From Anthoceros angustus (Eukaryota; Plantae; Anthocerotophyta), in assembly GCA_010909165.1 (NCBI GenBank), contig MU008158.1:1761478-1825477 (forward strand): a DNA stretch of 64,000 bases. Reading direction: 5' to 3'. Under the pieces are notes generated by a model. It was not told the origin of the DNA. It saw only the letters and a list, made by a program, of their open reading frames with translations, and made no database searches. Below are positions 11,965 through 23,229 of the stretch, piece by piece (position 1 is the first letter of the stretch; the number at the start of each line of letters is the position of its first letter). A program made the position numbers and the translations under genes.

Positions 11965-12498
11965 CTACTTCTGTACAACGATGGTGCTGAATTTGCCAGC
12001 TGGATCAGGCCTTTTACACGCCTGCAGACAGGCATCTTTGCAATCCTGCCATCAACCGACACCAACACAAGTCAGAAGGCTCGATCCACGCACAAATTCC
12101 AAATGCTCAATCACGCAAGGTTATCTACCTCCTGGTGCACGGCGCAAGCTGAGCAATTGCTTGGTTTCCAAGCATATAGTACCTGGTAGGCAGAAGTGGA
12201 GTTGGCATGCTGACTCGCTCGCTCACACGCAGCAGCACACCCCGTCTCGCAGGCGTCCTCCACACTGATGTAGCAGCAGGTTGCATCCCCCTGCGTCGCC
12301 ATACTCTGGTTGCACAGTCCTTCAACCTGAAACCAGAATACTGCCAGTGAGCTCCTCCCGCAACAATCCCCGAACTGCGCACAAGAGCAAGCAACGCCGA
12401 GACCGGACTCGTACCTGAGCAAAAACTCTAATCGTATGCCGTCCCGCTTGCTCCAAGGCCGTTATACCTTTCACCGCAATCCGCCGGTAGTCCAACAT
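11965..12498 (-). CDS. Predicted 3-exon small Cys-rich protein (102 aa), function unknown; may have further 5' exons
   Basis: Exons 12498-12415, 12326-12183 and 12045-11965. Introns of 88 and 137 bp are both phase 0 with CAG|GTAC donors and CAG|G acceptors. Product has two CxxxCxxxC motifs. Confidence 0.6.
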
Positions 12499-14289
12499 TC
12501 TGCCCGTGGCTCACACAATGCGGCTGCAGCGCACTCCCGAAATCGAAGCCGCCGCCTTCGCACCACACGTCAAACTCCAACCTTCAACTCTCCCGAGCCT
12601 CGACACTCACAGCTTCCACACGAAGCTCTATCCGCAAAGCCGCCTCCTTCAAGTCTCAGCAGAACGCTTCAAAGAGCGCGCACAATTCTCCCATGCCACG
12701 CCTCAGCAGATTGCAATACCACACCACCGCACCAAGCCGTGACACGATCCGAGACACCAAAATGCGCGCATGCGAGATCAAGCAGCGACAACTCGGCCGC
12801 AATTGCGCACCGCTGCTGCCCTTCCGCTCCGACAGCGAGCAATTAGCCACTCCACTACCACGCCAATGGTGCCACACAGCCGCAGCAGCCGTCTGCAGCA
12901 CTCCCGCCCGCCCTAGCCTCCCAGTACACCTCTCTCACAGCCACACCGAGACGAAAAGGTGAAGCTGAAGCGGAGCCGAAGCTGCACCTTCCCAGCCTCC
13001 TCCTTCTCCTCCTCCTCCTCCTCCTCCTCCTCGGCCGCAATGGAGCTGCGCACGCCAAAGCAGATGCGATCACACAGCACACACACTGCGTCTCCCGCGC
13101 TTAAGAAGGGGAGAAGCGTGAAGCGCGTTCCTTTGTGCACACCACCCGCCCTATACCTCCCCCCTTCTCCACAGCCTCGCAATGCTAGGCGGCGGAAGCC
13201 CCAGGCCGGGCGCAATACGGCGGCGTGCGAAACTCCGGTCCTTTCCCCTGACAGGTCTATCCTGTATAATTAGCGGCCGACGGAGCGCGTCTCAGCATAT
13301 TCTAATTCCGTCCTAATTCAAATTTGCGGGCCGCATTTGGGCCTCCCTGTGATAATAATAGGATTAGCAGCGCTGCACCCGCATCCTCAATGCGGCAAAG
13401 ATCGTTGGTGCTGGGCCGCTGGAAACCAGGATTTTGCGCTTATCAAAATGCCGTGCTACGGACACGTGGCACCAGCTTCCCCGTTCAGGACCGACCACGC
13501 CAAGTCGCTCGCTCGGGTTTTGGTCTACTTCCAGGGGAGATGGAGTGAAATTGCAGCCAGACACTCGTCATACATACGTGATCGAGGAACCCTGCCAGCG
13601 GCCCAGGCCCAGGCCCAGGCCCACCCACACTTTTCTCTATATTGCCATACTTTCTGCCATGTGCAACATCAATGTTTCTCCCTCCTCATTGCTCGCATGC
13701 CAAGGGTGGTGCTTTTGCCCAAGAACTCTATCTAAGTTTATAAGGCATGAAATCGTCATAAGTTTATGAGATTATTATTGAAATATCTAATAATATATAA
13801 AAAAGCAAGTATTACGATTTATTTATATCTTGCAAAATATATATTATTTTTCAGATCCACAATATATGTAGGTAATCCTCCTCCTCTTATAAAGCTCATA
13901 ATAGACAACTCTTTTCAAACAACATGCTCTACCATAGGGTGTGAATTCATCAGCTACAAAAAAAAGAATGTATCGATAGAAAGGGCAAGAGGACAAAACA
14001 CAACCACAATCCGGTCTTCACCCTACAACCAGCAAATTGGATACCAAGTCCAAAACATTTATATCAAACTCCAAGAACTTCAATTCCATGAAATATAATC
14101 CTGTGATAAAAAGAAATATGTCAAATTATATATACATATATATATATACATAAGATGCATCATAGACTATGTAATCCATCCCTCGCCGTATTTCATGGGC
14201 TTGTTGACAATCCTATGTGGACACCGGAACCGGAGGACGCCGTCTTGGGCGAGTTGCCCTTGCTTTGCGATGCCCATATAAGCGTGATC

Positions 14290-14345
14290 CCCCATGGCCC
14301 ATGTCCCATGGTCCATGTCCCATGGCCCATGTGCCATGTCCCATG
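14290..14345. repeat. Degenerate 7-bp tandem repeat with CCATG core
   Basis: cccatgg/cccatgt/gtccatg units, about 8 copies. Confidence 0.75.
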
Positions 14346-14993
14346 CCCTACACTCATACCCATGCGATGCCCTAATGGCTCGTGCTGCTCCATTGCTTTA
14401 GGACGACACGGTTAAAACCCAGGTAGATAGATTTTTCCCATTTGTTTTATAATAAAATCTTCTTCTCCTAGGGAAAGGGAGAGAACAAAAAATCCGCCAT
14501 TATTTTATCTTACGTATATGTGCGGAGCAAGTACCGGTCCCCCCGAGTTTCGTCATCCGCACTCAGATGTACGAGGTCCCACCTGGACACCTGGACAGGC
14601 AGCGCTTGCATTTATGTGTAGGAGCTGTACCGTTACAAATAATGTGCGTCGTTGCGGGCCATGGCGAAGAGGCGACTGTGAACCACGGCTGTGACGACGT
14701 GTTGTGATGGGAGTGTCCCGTGGCCGCATCGCGCTGTTCGGTGCCCATGTACATAATGTTCGACCTGTGAACGAGGCCACCCGGCCGGCAATCGCATCAG
14801 TGGCGGATAAGGTTGCGGGGCAGATAAACCTGAATATGGAAGGACTAAGGACTACCGGGATGATGTGACAATACCAGCATGGCTGCTACGTGAAATGGTA
14901 GTACAATGAGCATCTGGTGGTACATGGCACAGGCATTACGGTGGTTCACAAGTCCCTTTCAGAGCGTTCGGATTCGCGCTCTGCCTCCCGGTC

Positions 14994-17958
14994 TCACTGA
15001 GCTTGGGCCGTTTGATCCAACTCCTCTACATGTTTGATGATGATTTGCGGGCAAGAGTGAGCCTTCAGGAGCTCCAGACGGTTGAACTGAGGAGCAAACC
15101 GCAGTATGTAGTCCTCATCTGAGAAGGACAGCAAACACGGGCCAAAGGTTACATCCGCATCCCTTTTCAACATCATGGGGCCAATCTGGTTAGCAAAAAC
15201 CGGCAAATGCTGCGACACGCACTTTCTTTCACCGTTCCATAGAGCCAGCAAAGTACTCGGTCAGCAAAAGCCAGACATACCCCTCCCTGGACAGAAAACC
15301 AACCTCAGTTAGTGTGTGCCATCCCCTGCGTAGCAACCACTATGGACACAGTGATCAAGCATCCATACCTCCCAATGATGCTTGGCTTTCACTCTGTTGG
15401 TGATTTCCTTCAGTCCCATCACTTCCGTGCGCACAAGATGGCCTGAGTCATCCCTGCAAAACATCTTACACACTTGAGTTCGTTGGATGAACGGTACACA
15501 CTGCTCACAGAGTGCCTGGTACACAAGATTTTGAACAATACCTGAATCCTACGATAATTCTGGAAACGCCTGCTAAGAACGATTGTATCTGTCTCCACAA
15601 GCAGCAAGTAGAAAAAATCAGGAGGCGGCAGGGTGGAAACAAGCAGGAGAAAAACTTGAAATCACCCAGAGAGAATGGACTTAAGTGTCTGTGCCAGGAT
15701 GAACTCACCCAAAACTTCAGGAGCTTTTCTCTCTCGAACTTGTCAACGGTATGACCTGCTAACTGCACCAAACATTTGGGTTAAGAAATGAATCTGATTG
15801 TCACTGCATTCTGAGCGTCCTGAAGCATCTGACTATATATACCTCACGGCTTGTCTTCAGTTCAATGTAGTGTCGTTTACCATCGGGGTTGCCCTCAAAA
15901 CAGTCCATCTCTGCCCCCATAACTATCCTATGGGCTCCTAACTTCGTACGGATGACAGCACAATACTCGACGTTTGCATCAACAGCACCAATTTTGCTCC
16001 TAGACGTTCCATTGCTCTTCTGTCGACCTGCTTGACTGCTTGAAACAGATGGATCCTCGGTTGCAAGACGCTCAAAAGAATAGCCCCAGTAGCTACTGTA
16101 CACACAGAAAAGAGATTGAGCGTCAAACCTGAAGCGCATCTACACAGCCTGGCGGTGGAGCTAAAGCTCAAAGTTATTACAGGCAGGTTTAGGTTTGCGG
16201 GGCCTGCCCTCCGCACCTTCTCTGCTGAAAATCATTCTGTGTCTCTGGCAACTTGTGCACGTCAAGATAAACAGTGCCGCACCGCTTATGTACACCCATC
16301 TTCCAAGCCTCGTACCTGTTGTAAGCTGTTCCCAGGATCTGCACAAATGAAACACCTTGCTTGAGCTCCACGGTAGGAGTAGACTGTGGTCAAGTGACCA
16401 GTAAAAGAGACCACTAGAAACGAGCTCATGCAGATATCTCACCTTGTTGAGATTGTTTCGAAAGGTCTGAGCAAAACGCATACGCTAACGAGTCAGTGAT
16501 AGACTTTCACCTAGTGCACGTAAACCAGACAAGCAGCATCCAACATCGTCTGCCTCACCACAAAGTGAATGTTGTCAAGTGATATCCTTTTGGTCCTTAG
16601 GCAAGCAAGTAGATCACCAAATCCCTCGCTTCCTGCATCTGCAGTATGATCATCCCTGTTATCGTCCCTTCCAAGTGCAACCAGAGCGGTCACTTTAATT
16701 CACTGTCTAGTTTCAAGAAAGCATCTCTGTCAACTTGTCCTGGTACTGCAAAAACTTTCAAAGAACCTCAAACCTTTCTTTGCTACAAAGCTTTCATAGC
16801 CTTCATTTAGATCGGCCCCAATCTCCGTCAAAACAGCCCTCCGAAAGCGCCTCTGCACAACACCAAAGGGATCAACACCTTGACACTTCGATCTCACAAA
16901 CATACCAGCATAACATACAAGACAGCAAACGTACTAGGCAGCGCTCATCAAAGTGGACATTGCCATCAGCAGTCCGGCTGTAGCAGGCAATCTGCGAGGG
17001 CTGTGTTGCAACAAGATGGTGAAAAGAAAGTCAGTCTCAAGCCACCAAAGTAGCAATGACCAAAACTCTGCAATTCTGCGATGTCTTGTAGCCAAATTTG
17101 ACTGTCATCAGCTAACCTCTTGAAACTGTGGACACTTGCTGCGCAGGACCTCATCCTGATGACCAACTGCGCCAAGCTTCATATCAGCCACAAGTGCTTC
17201 ATTTCCTTGGGAAGCACCGGACCGGCCAGGCCAGCCCATACCAGTCTGCCAAACTGGAGGGGTGGGCAGCAGGGCTCTCTGGGGAGGGCCTTTGTCATTA
17301 AACCGCCCTTGCCCTCCCTTATCTCCAAATCTGCCACCAGAAGGAGGACCTTTGTCGTTATATCTACCACCCATGTGACCATTTCGAGCATCCCTGTAAT
17401 CTTGTTTCCGTGGGAATTGAGGTGGAGGTAAACCTGCAGCAGAATCGAAGCTGCCCGTGTCAAACAAATGCCAAAACCAGCTTCTTCCTGATCCAACTCT
17501 GTGCAGACATTGTAAGGTCAGCAGGCCAGCTGCCAAGCTGTGGGAGTCATATACCGTGAAAAAGTGAAAAACAGCGTAGCAGACATACGTGGGGGTTTCA
17601 GCCGACTCTGAGCTGTCGTCTGCACGTACTCCGCATTATCAGGTCCAAACAGATCGGCATCTGGATCTCCCTCCCCTTCTTCTTCGTCACTTTCTTCATC
17701 GTCGTCGTCACGATCCTCATCCTCATCGTCATCATACCCATCTTCCACCACCTCCACCTCCTCTACAACCTCAACCCCATCCCCATCCTCATCGTCCACT
17801 ACCTCCACTACCTCCTCCTCCTCATCTCCCTCCTCCTCCTCAGCTCCAGCAATTTCATCCCCCTCGTCCTCCTCCTCACCCCCATCAATTTCATCCCCAT
17901 CCCCATCCTCCTCCACGTTCTGCTTCACCCTGCCAAACGCATCCGCAGCCTTGCTCAT
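14994..17958 (-). CDS. DXO1: Rai1/DXO-family NAD-cap decapping exoribonuclease, multi-exon, with an acidic and Gly/Arg-rich N-terminal extension
   Basis: Exon motifs [72 protein letters not shown] and [10 protein letters not shown]. Confidence 0.92.
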
Positions 17959-18512
17959 CTCTCAATCGATACCGACGACACCACGTTTCCTTCAACCCTG
18001 AATTCTATATGTCAAATTTCATTCTCGCCTGTCCTTCCTTGCTTAGATTTCTATCCTCCCTCCCCCGGCAGTCCAGAAACCCACAATTCCCGAATTTCCG
18101 ACTCGCAGGTGCGTACATGCGTACAAGGTTGCTTAATTCTCGACCTCCCCGGCCTCACATCCGCACGCAGCCTTCATCATCCGATGACCAAGATCCATGT
18201 TTCCTTCTCCAAACAATCTGCTTTCATCCTTGCCGCCTTAAAGCGGACACAAACCAGCGTCCGCACAACTTGCAAGTGGCAGCCTGCGTGTGAATAAATT
18301 ACTAACCTACAACTTTAAATACCGACTTGCAATAATATCAGACCTATTATCAGACACACACACATATGCACATACGTATGTACATTGGCTACATACAAGC
18401 CCAGGACGTCACCGCGAAGGTGGCAGGAAGGGGGATGCGGAATGCCACGGCCGGAAGCAGCTGCTCTTGAATCCGAGGAGAAGACGCAAAACCGGGTCGG
18501 GTCGGCATTGCA

Positions 18513-19466
18513 ATGGAGGCTCGGCTGCTGGCTGTCGGTCCTGCGAGCGGAGGCGCCTGCTGCTCCAGGAGCTGGGACTCCAGCACCCAGTGCCCTCGCG
18601 TCTGCTCAGGCTTCTGGGGCGGGGCTTTGAGAGTCCGCAGCCGGCCATGGCCGCAGCAGCAACTGGCTGCGCCGGGATGGGCTCGGGCGTACATGGAGAA
18701 ACCCAGGTCGCCGGTGCTGGACTTCTTCAACAAGGTGCAGGGATCGCTACCCGTGGTGGGGCTGATCACGCGGATTCTGAGTGACGAGGGGGGCGTGGGA
18801 GCCGACAGGCTGCATTTCGTGGAATTCTGCAGCAAGGTGGAGAAGAAGCTGTCGCGGGAGGAGGCGCAGGCGTTTTTCGCCTTCGCCGAGCGGCACGGCA
18901 AGGTTTGGTTTGGTTTGTGACAAGATGTGGTTTCTGGGGTTTTGGCTGAAGGGCCGGGCGGGCCTCATGATTTGCGTCTGGCAGGTTGCCAAGCCGCAGT
19001 ACGTCTTGATATGGTGCTGGGCAGCTGCCGTCGGTGCAGGTCTGTTGAGAAGCGAGGACTTGCTGCTGGGAGCGGCGCGCTTGCGAGTGTCGTACGATAT
19101 TCAGTATGAGACGGAGACCTTCGACCTGCTCATGGATGAGGCTGCAAAGGTGACGCACCTTCCCTTCCTTTTCCCCCCTGTCCCCTGCCAGCGGTTGCTG
19201 ATACCGCTGCCCGTTCTTGCGTTTTGCAGAAACGAAGCAAATCCAGGTCGCCGCTTCCCGATGTCCCCATGGCTGCTCGAGTAGAGAAAGCTTTGCAGGC
19301 CATCTGCAAGTGCTGCATTGGGACAGATCTGCTGTCTGAAGAGGATGCAGCGTTGCTCAACACCATCCTGTCGGGTGTTTTTCCTACAGTCGCAGCAGCT
19401 GAAATTGAACAGCTGATCAGGGCTAGGTTGACACAGTCCTCTCCGCAATCTGACACAGGTCGATGA
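18513..19466 (+). CDS. PSA3: Photosystem I assembly factor PSA3 (3 exons, 263 aa, transit peptide)
   Basis: Exons 18513-18902, 18985-19149 and 19230-19466 with GT-AG introns. Motifs GSLPVVGLITRILSDEGGVG, YVLIWCWAAAVGAGLL and KALQAICKCC. Confidence 0.88.
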
Positions 19467-20033
19467 TGGAGAGTTTGCTACTGCACCCTCTCAATGGTCC
19501 TGCCGGGAGCAGCTTGAAGCTGCGACCTTCTGGAAATGTACCAAACGTGGGGGAACACGTCTTGCAAGCAACGATCAAAAACTTTCCTCGTACTATCTCT
19601 ATAATCGATCATTAAAAACATCCTTCTATGGGTTCACCCTCTCCTCTTTACTTAATAAAAACATCCTCTAATCCAAAAACATCCTTGTACCTATCCTTGT
19701 ATCCGCAAGAGGACAGCTTCCAATGCGCAGGGAACGTAACATCTTGAGCTCCCATGGTCAATAGGCCCTTCCTTATTTCAATAAGCCTTCCTTAATCCGG
19801 ACTAGGACAAGCTTGGAAACGGTAGGTAGCTTCATAGTAGACATTTAGGAGCTAGCCCTTAGGGCCTCTAGAGGGATGTGCCCCTTTGCCCCAATACCTA
19901 ATATAGATGAAACTTTTTCATTTCTGCATATTTATAAAGTCTACATGTTCACCTGCAAGGCATATGAAGTTCTTATTAAGGGAAGAGGAGATCGTGAACC
20001 TACTAGGTACTCGTAGACCTAGTGCAGATATTT

Positions 20034-20185
20034 TTTAAACCTTTGCAAAATGCAATAGGTATCGTAACCTTTGCAAAACGTAATTGCTATTGTTTAAACG
20101 CTTGCAAAATGCAATAGGTATTCTTTAAACCTTTACGTTTAAACCTTTGCAAAATGCAATAGGCATTCTTTAAACCTTTGCAAAA
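20034..20185. repeat. About 31-bp tandem repeat (TTTAAACCTTTGCAAAATGCAATAGGTATTC), about 5 copies, upstream of UNC119
   Basis: Directly visible degenerate units; each full-length unit has a TTTGCAAA/CTTGCAAA core. Confidence 0.85.
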
Positions 20186-20378
20186 CCCTCTCGTTCTGTT
20201 TGGTCATCTCAATTTAGTATACCTAATTAGAGTCGATATTATTATTAAAAATATTTAAAAATAAATTTAAAATAAATTAGAATTGCCTAAAATATCTGAT
20301 TTTCCTTCCATTTCATCTACCTATACTTTGCACTATCGTGAGTACATAGGTAATGCTTGTGGGAAAATTTAAAGAAGC

Positions 20379-20987
20379 ATGAAGTCATCTAATCCTAAAG
20401 ATCAACAAAGGGCTCCATGGTATACACGGCCATATCTTGAGGTGATTCCTAGTATTGTTCTAACATTGAAAGAACCTACTCCTGATTATTTATGTTCATC
20501 TCATGCAAATATCTATGGGCTTCGGTTTACAAAGTTTATGCTTACCAATCCAGAAACAAACAAGTGTTTCTTTTCCCTTGAGAAGGAAATGCAAAGATCT
20601 TTGATAAATGATGCTCAGCCAAGTGTGAGACGAGGAGAGGGTATCTTCTTGAGAACTCTATACTACACATTTCTTGCAGAGATTTTAACCGAGAAGAGAG
20701 TTCGTGGTGTAATGGAGTTCAAAATAGGAGAGAGCGAGGTTTCATCTTTGCGAATGATAGAAAGACATTATTTTAAAAAATCTTTGTTAAGAAGCTTTGA
20801 CTTTACATTTGGATTTTGTATACCTCATTCTACAAATACTTGGGATGTTATTTATGATCTTCCTACTCTGTCTTGTGCAATGATTGAAGATATGATAAAA
20901 CACCCATATGAGACCAAATCTGATAGTTTTTATTTTGTGGATGACACCCTCATCATGCATACTAAAGCAGAATATGCCTACCAATAA
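20379..20987 (+). CDS. UNC119: UNC119 (PDE-delta fold, myristoyl-cargo carrier for ciliary trafficking), intronless, AT-rich
   Basis: MIERHYFKKSLLRSFDFTFGFCIPHSTNTW..PYETKSDSFYFVDDTLIMHTKAEYAY is the UNC119 C-terminal signature. N-terminal YLC..ANIYG.RF also fits. Confidence 0.92.
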   Translation: MKSSNPKDQQRAPWYTRPYLEVIPSIVLTLKEPTPDYLCSSHANIYGLRFTKFMLTNPETNKCFFSLEKEMQRSLINDAQPSVRRGEGIFLRTLYYTFLAEILTEKRVRGVMEFKIGESEVSSLRMIERHYFKKSLLRSFDFTFGFCIPHSTNTWDVIYDLPTLSCAMIEDMIKHPYETKSDSFYFVDDTLIMHTKAEYAYQ

Positions 20988-21330
20988 CAAAGAGTATATT
21001 AGGAACAATATTTACTTATGAACAATGTATATTTATCATATAAATAATTTCTTAAATATATGATTAAGTATTACTTTGGAGACTCTATCATCTCTAGGTA
21101 TATATTTTATCATTCTTTTCAGTTTTTTTCACTTTTATAAGGAGTATTTACAATGTGTTATCAAAAGCCTAACTACTATTTCATGGGAGCCTAACCGTCT
21201 TGTCCACATTCACAGGAACTTGTTCATTTGTTCACTCTATTGTAGACTTCCGAGTTGTTCTTCATCAGCTCTTCAAATTCATAGCTTGGCTTCTATAGGA
21301 TTCAAAAATCATTTCAACAAGTACAGCAAA

Positions 21331-22759
21331 ATGTGGCAAGAAGTAAAGAATCGCGCAGCTACCACTTGTTCAGAATATATCCAAGACGCTGGGTTACTAG
21401 GACCTAGTCCAAGTTCTCAAAGTAGCCAAAAAATAAAAACATGGGTTCCAAATACTTTAAAAGCTCAAATTGCAGCATATGCACTTCAATGGCACCGTGC
21501 TCTTCCTCTTAAGGGAATTATAATTGGACAAACTCCTACACTCTATGATAAAGGAAGTCCAAGCACTGTTGAAACAGCTCCACCTTTAGCTGCTAGCTTT
21601 TCCTTTTCTGAAAGTTGTGAGATTCCAGCTACGTCTGAAATTTTGGCAAACGAAATAAGTCTTTGTGGTAAGATGAGAGTATGTTCGTTCTAGAGGAATA
21701 TGTGAATCAGAGCTTGCTTACTGACCTATTCTAATCTATAGTAGTGAATTGAAAATTGTAGGAAAAGATAGGAATGGTGTATTGGAGGCCATCAGAGATT
21801 GTTGGAAGCTAGTGGACCATGGTGTTTTATCCATTTTTGCTCTTCCATTAGGAATGGAAAATCGATTTGATTGGTCACCAGCTACAGAAAGTGACACTCT
21901 TCAAATGCAAATTCTTGTACGATGTCTTTGTGACTTGATTTCATTGTCAGCAGAAATGGGTCCTCGAGGAACCACAATTGTGGTAGCCATGGGGAGATGG
22001 GCACATGATTTGTCCTCAGAGCTAAGGAGACAGTTTAATGAAAAGCTTCACAATGGCCGAAGTAAATATTGGACATTGGATATTCGTGCCTCCCTTTATC
22101 ATCCTGCAAGAACGTGGCACAAATATAATACCCGGAATCCTGATCACATTACCATGGGCCGTGAAGATGAGTTGCTATTGCTTCACAACCTTTTAATTTC
22201 AGGAAGAGATTTTTCACAAACAATTGAAGTTCAGCAACCAAATAGAAATATGAAAACAAACACAGTAGGTCATACAAATGCAATAGATCATACAAATGCA
22301 ATAGATCGTACAAATGCAATAGATCGTACAAATGCCGTAGGTCATACCAATGGAAATGGAGGTGGTTTTCAGTTAAAGAGTGGAGGCGTTGGGAAAAATA
22401 TTTTTGAGTGTCCAGCAAGAAATAATGGTTATGATGATGTAAATGAGAATTCAAACTATAATTTCGAGCGGTCAACAAGAAACAATGGTTATGATGATGT
22501 AAATGAGAATTCAAACTATAATTTTGAGTTGTCAACAAGAAACAATGGTTATGATGATGTAAATGAGAATTCAAACTATAATTTCGAACTGTCAACAAGA
22601 AACAATGGTTATGATGATGTAAATGAGAATTCAATCTATACTAGTCACCCAATCCCCGTTGCTTCTCATTTTCGAAGGCCACACATAGATAGAATGTCAG
22701 AAAAAATATATAGTTGTGATAGCGATGATTCAAGTGTCATTATGACCTCACATTATTGA
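21331..22759 (+). CDS. Divergent uracil-DNA-glycosylase-like protein with a repetitive Asn-rich tail (2 exons, about 444 aa; true start may be further 5')
   Basis: A phase-1 intron at 21668-21761 (G|GTAAG..TTGTAG|GA, 94 bp) joins two ORFs in frame. UDG-like motifs occur in order: KGIIIGQTP, ASFSF..IPATSEILANEI, WKLVDHGVLSI, IVVAMGRWAH, YHPAR. Confidence 0.6.
22256..22351 (+). repeat. In-frame 18-bp tandem repeat (TNAIDH/R), about 5 copies
   Basis: acaaatgcaatagatc(a/g)t units. Confidence 0.9.
22416..22640 (+). repeat. In-frame 60-bp tandem repeat (RNNGYDDVNENSNYNFELST), about 3.7 copies
   Basis: Near-identical units start at 22416, 22476, 22536 and 22596. Confidence 0.95.
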
Positions 22760-23229
22760 TATTGAATGAAATATTTCAATAAGAATCATCCTACCTTTGA
22801 GGAAGGGGAGATCTTTATGGTATCCCATCTTTGAAAATTCAATAAAATATATAGTTTTGAATAAAAAATTTTATGTTATATATCAATACTTTTAAATATA
22901 TATAAATCTAATTCTAAATTTTAATAGGTATATAAATTATCTAATAGCGATATTAAAGTTTAAGATAGTGTTGAAGTGATGAATATATTTACTTAAGAAA
23001 GCAAACACGTACCAAGAAAAATAATATCAAGAACTTCATAAATCTAAATCAAGGCAGGAGCAGGCGCCCATCATAGGTTGTTCCCCTTCGTCTAGGGGTA
23101 GATGGGATTCCCTCTCTTTTTTCTTACATATAAAGTCTCCATTTCCCTCAAATCAAAGGCGGGGTGGACGTGGGATCCAACATCTGGGCCCTGAGAGGTG
23201 CCAATGTTGCTTCCGCCGGCCCCGCAGCC

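Noticed and set aside
17589-18293. Pro/His-rich 234-aa ORF
   Set aside because: Antisense reading of the Glu/Asp-rich first exon of DXO1.
22416-22640. Possible CRISPR-like or repeat-spacer array
   Set aside because: Whole 60-bp units are near-identical and in frame, so this is a coding minisatellite.
19560-23060. TIRs or TSDs bounding the AT-rich island
   Set aside because: Only weak low-complexity matches were found, so mobility is not supported.
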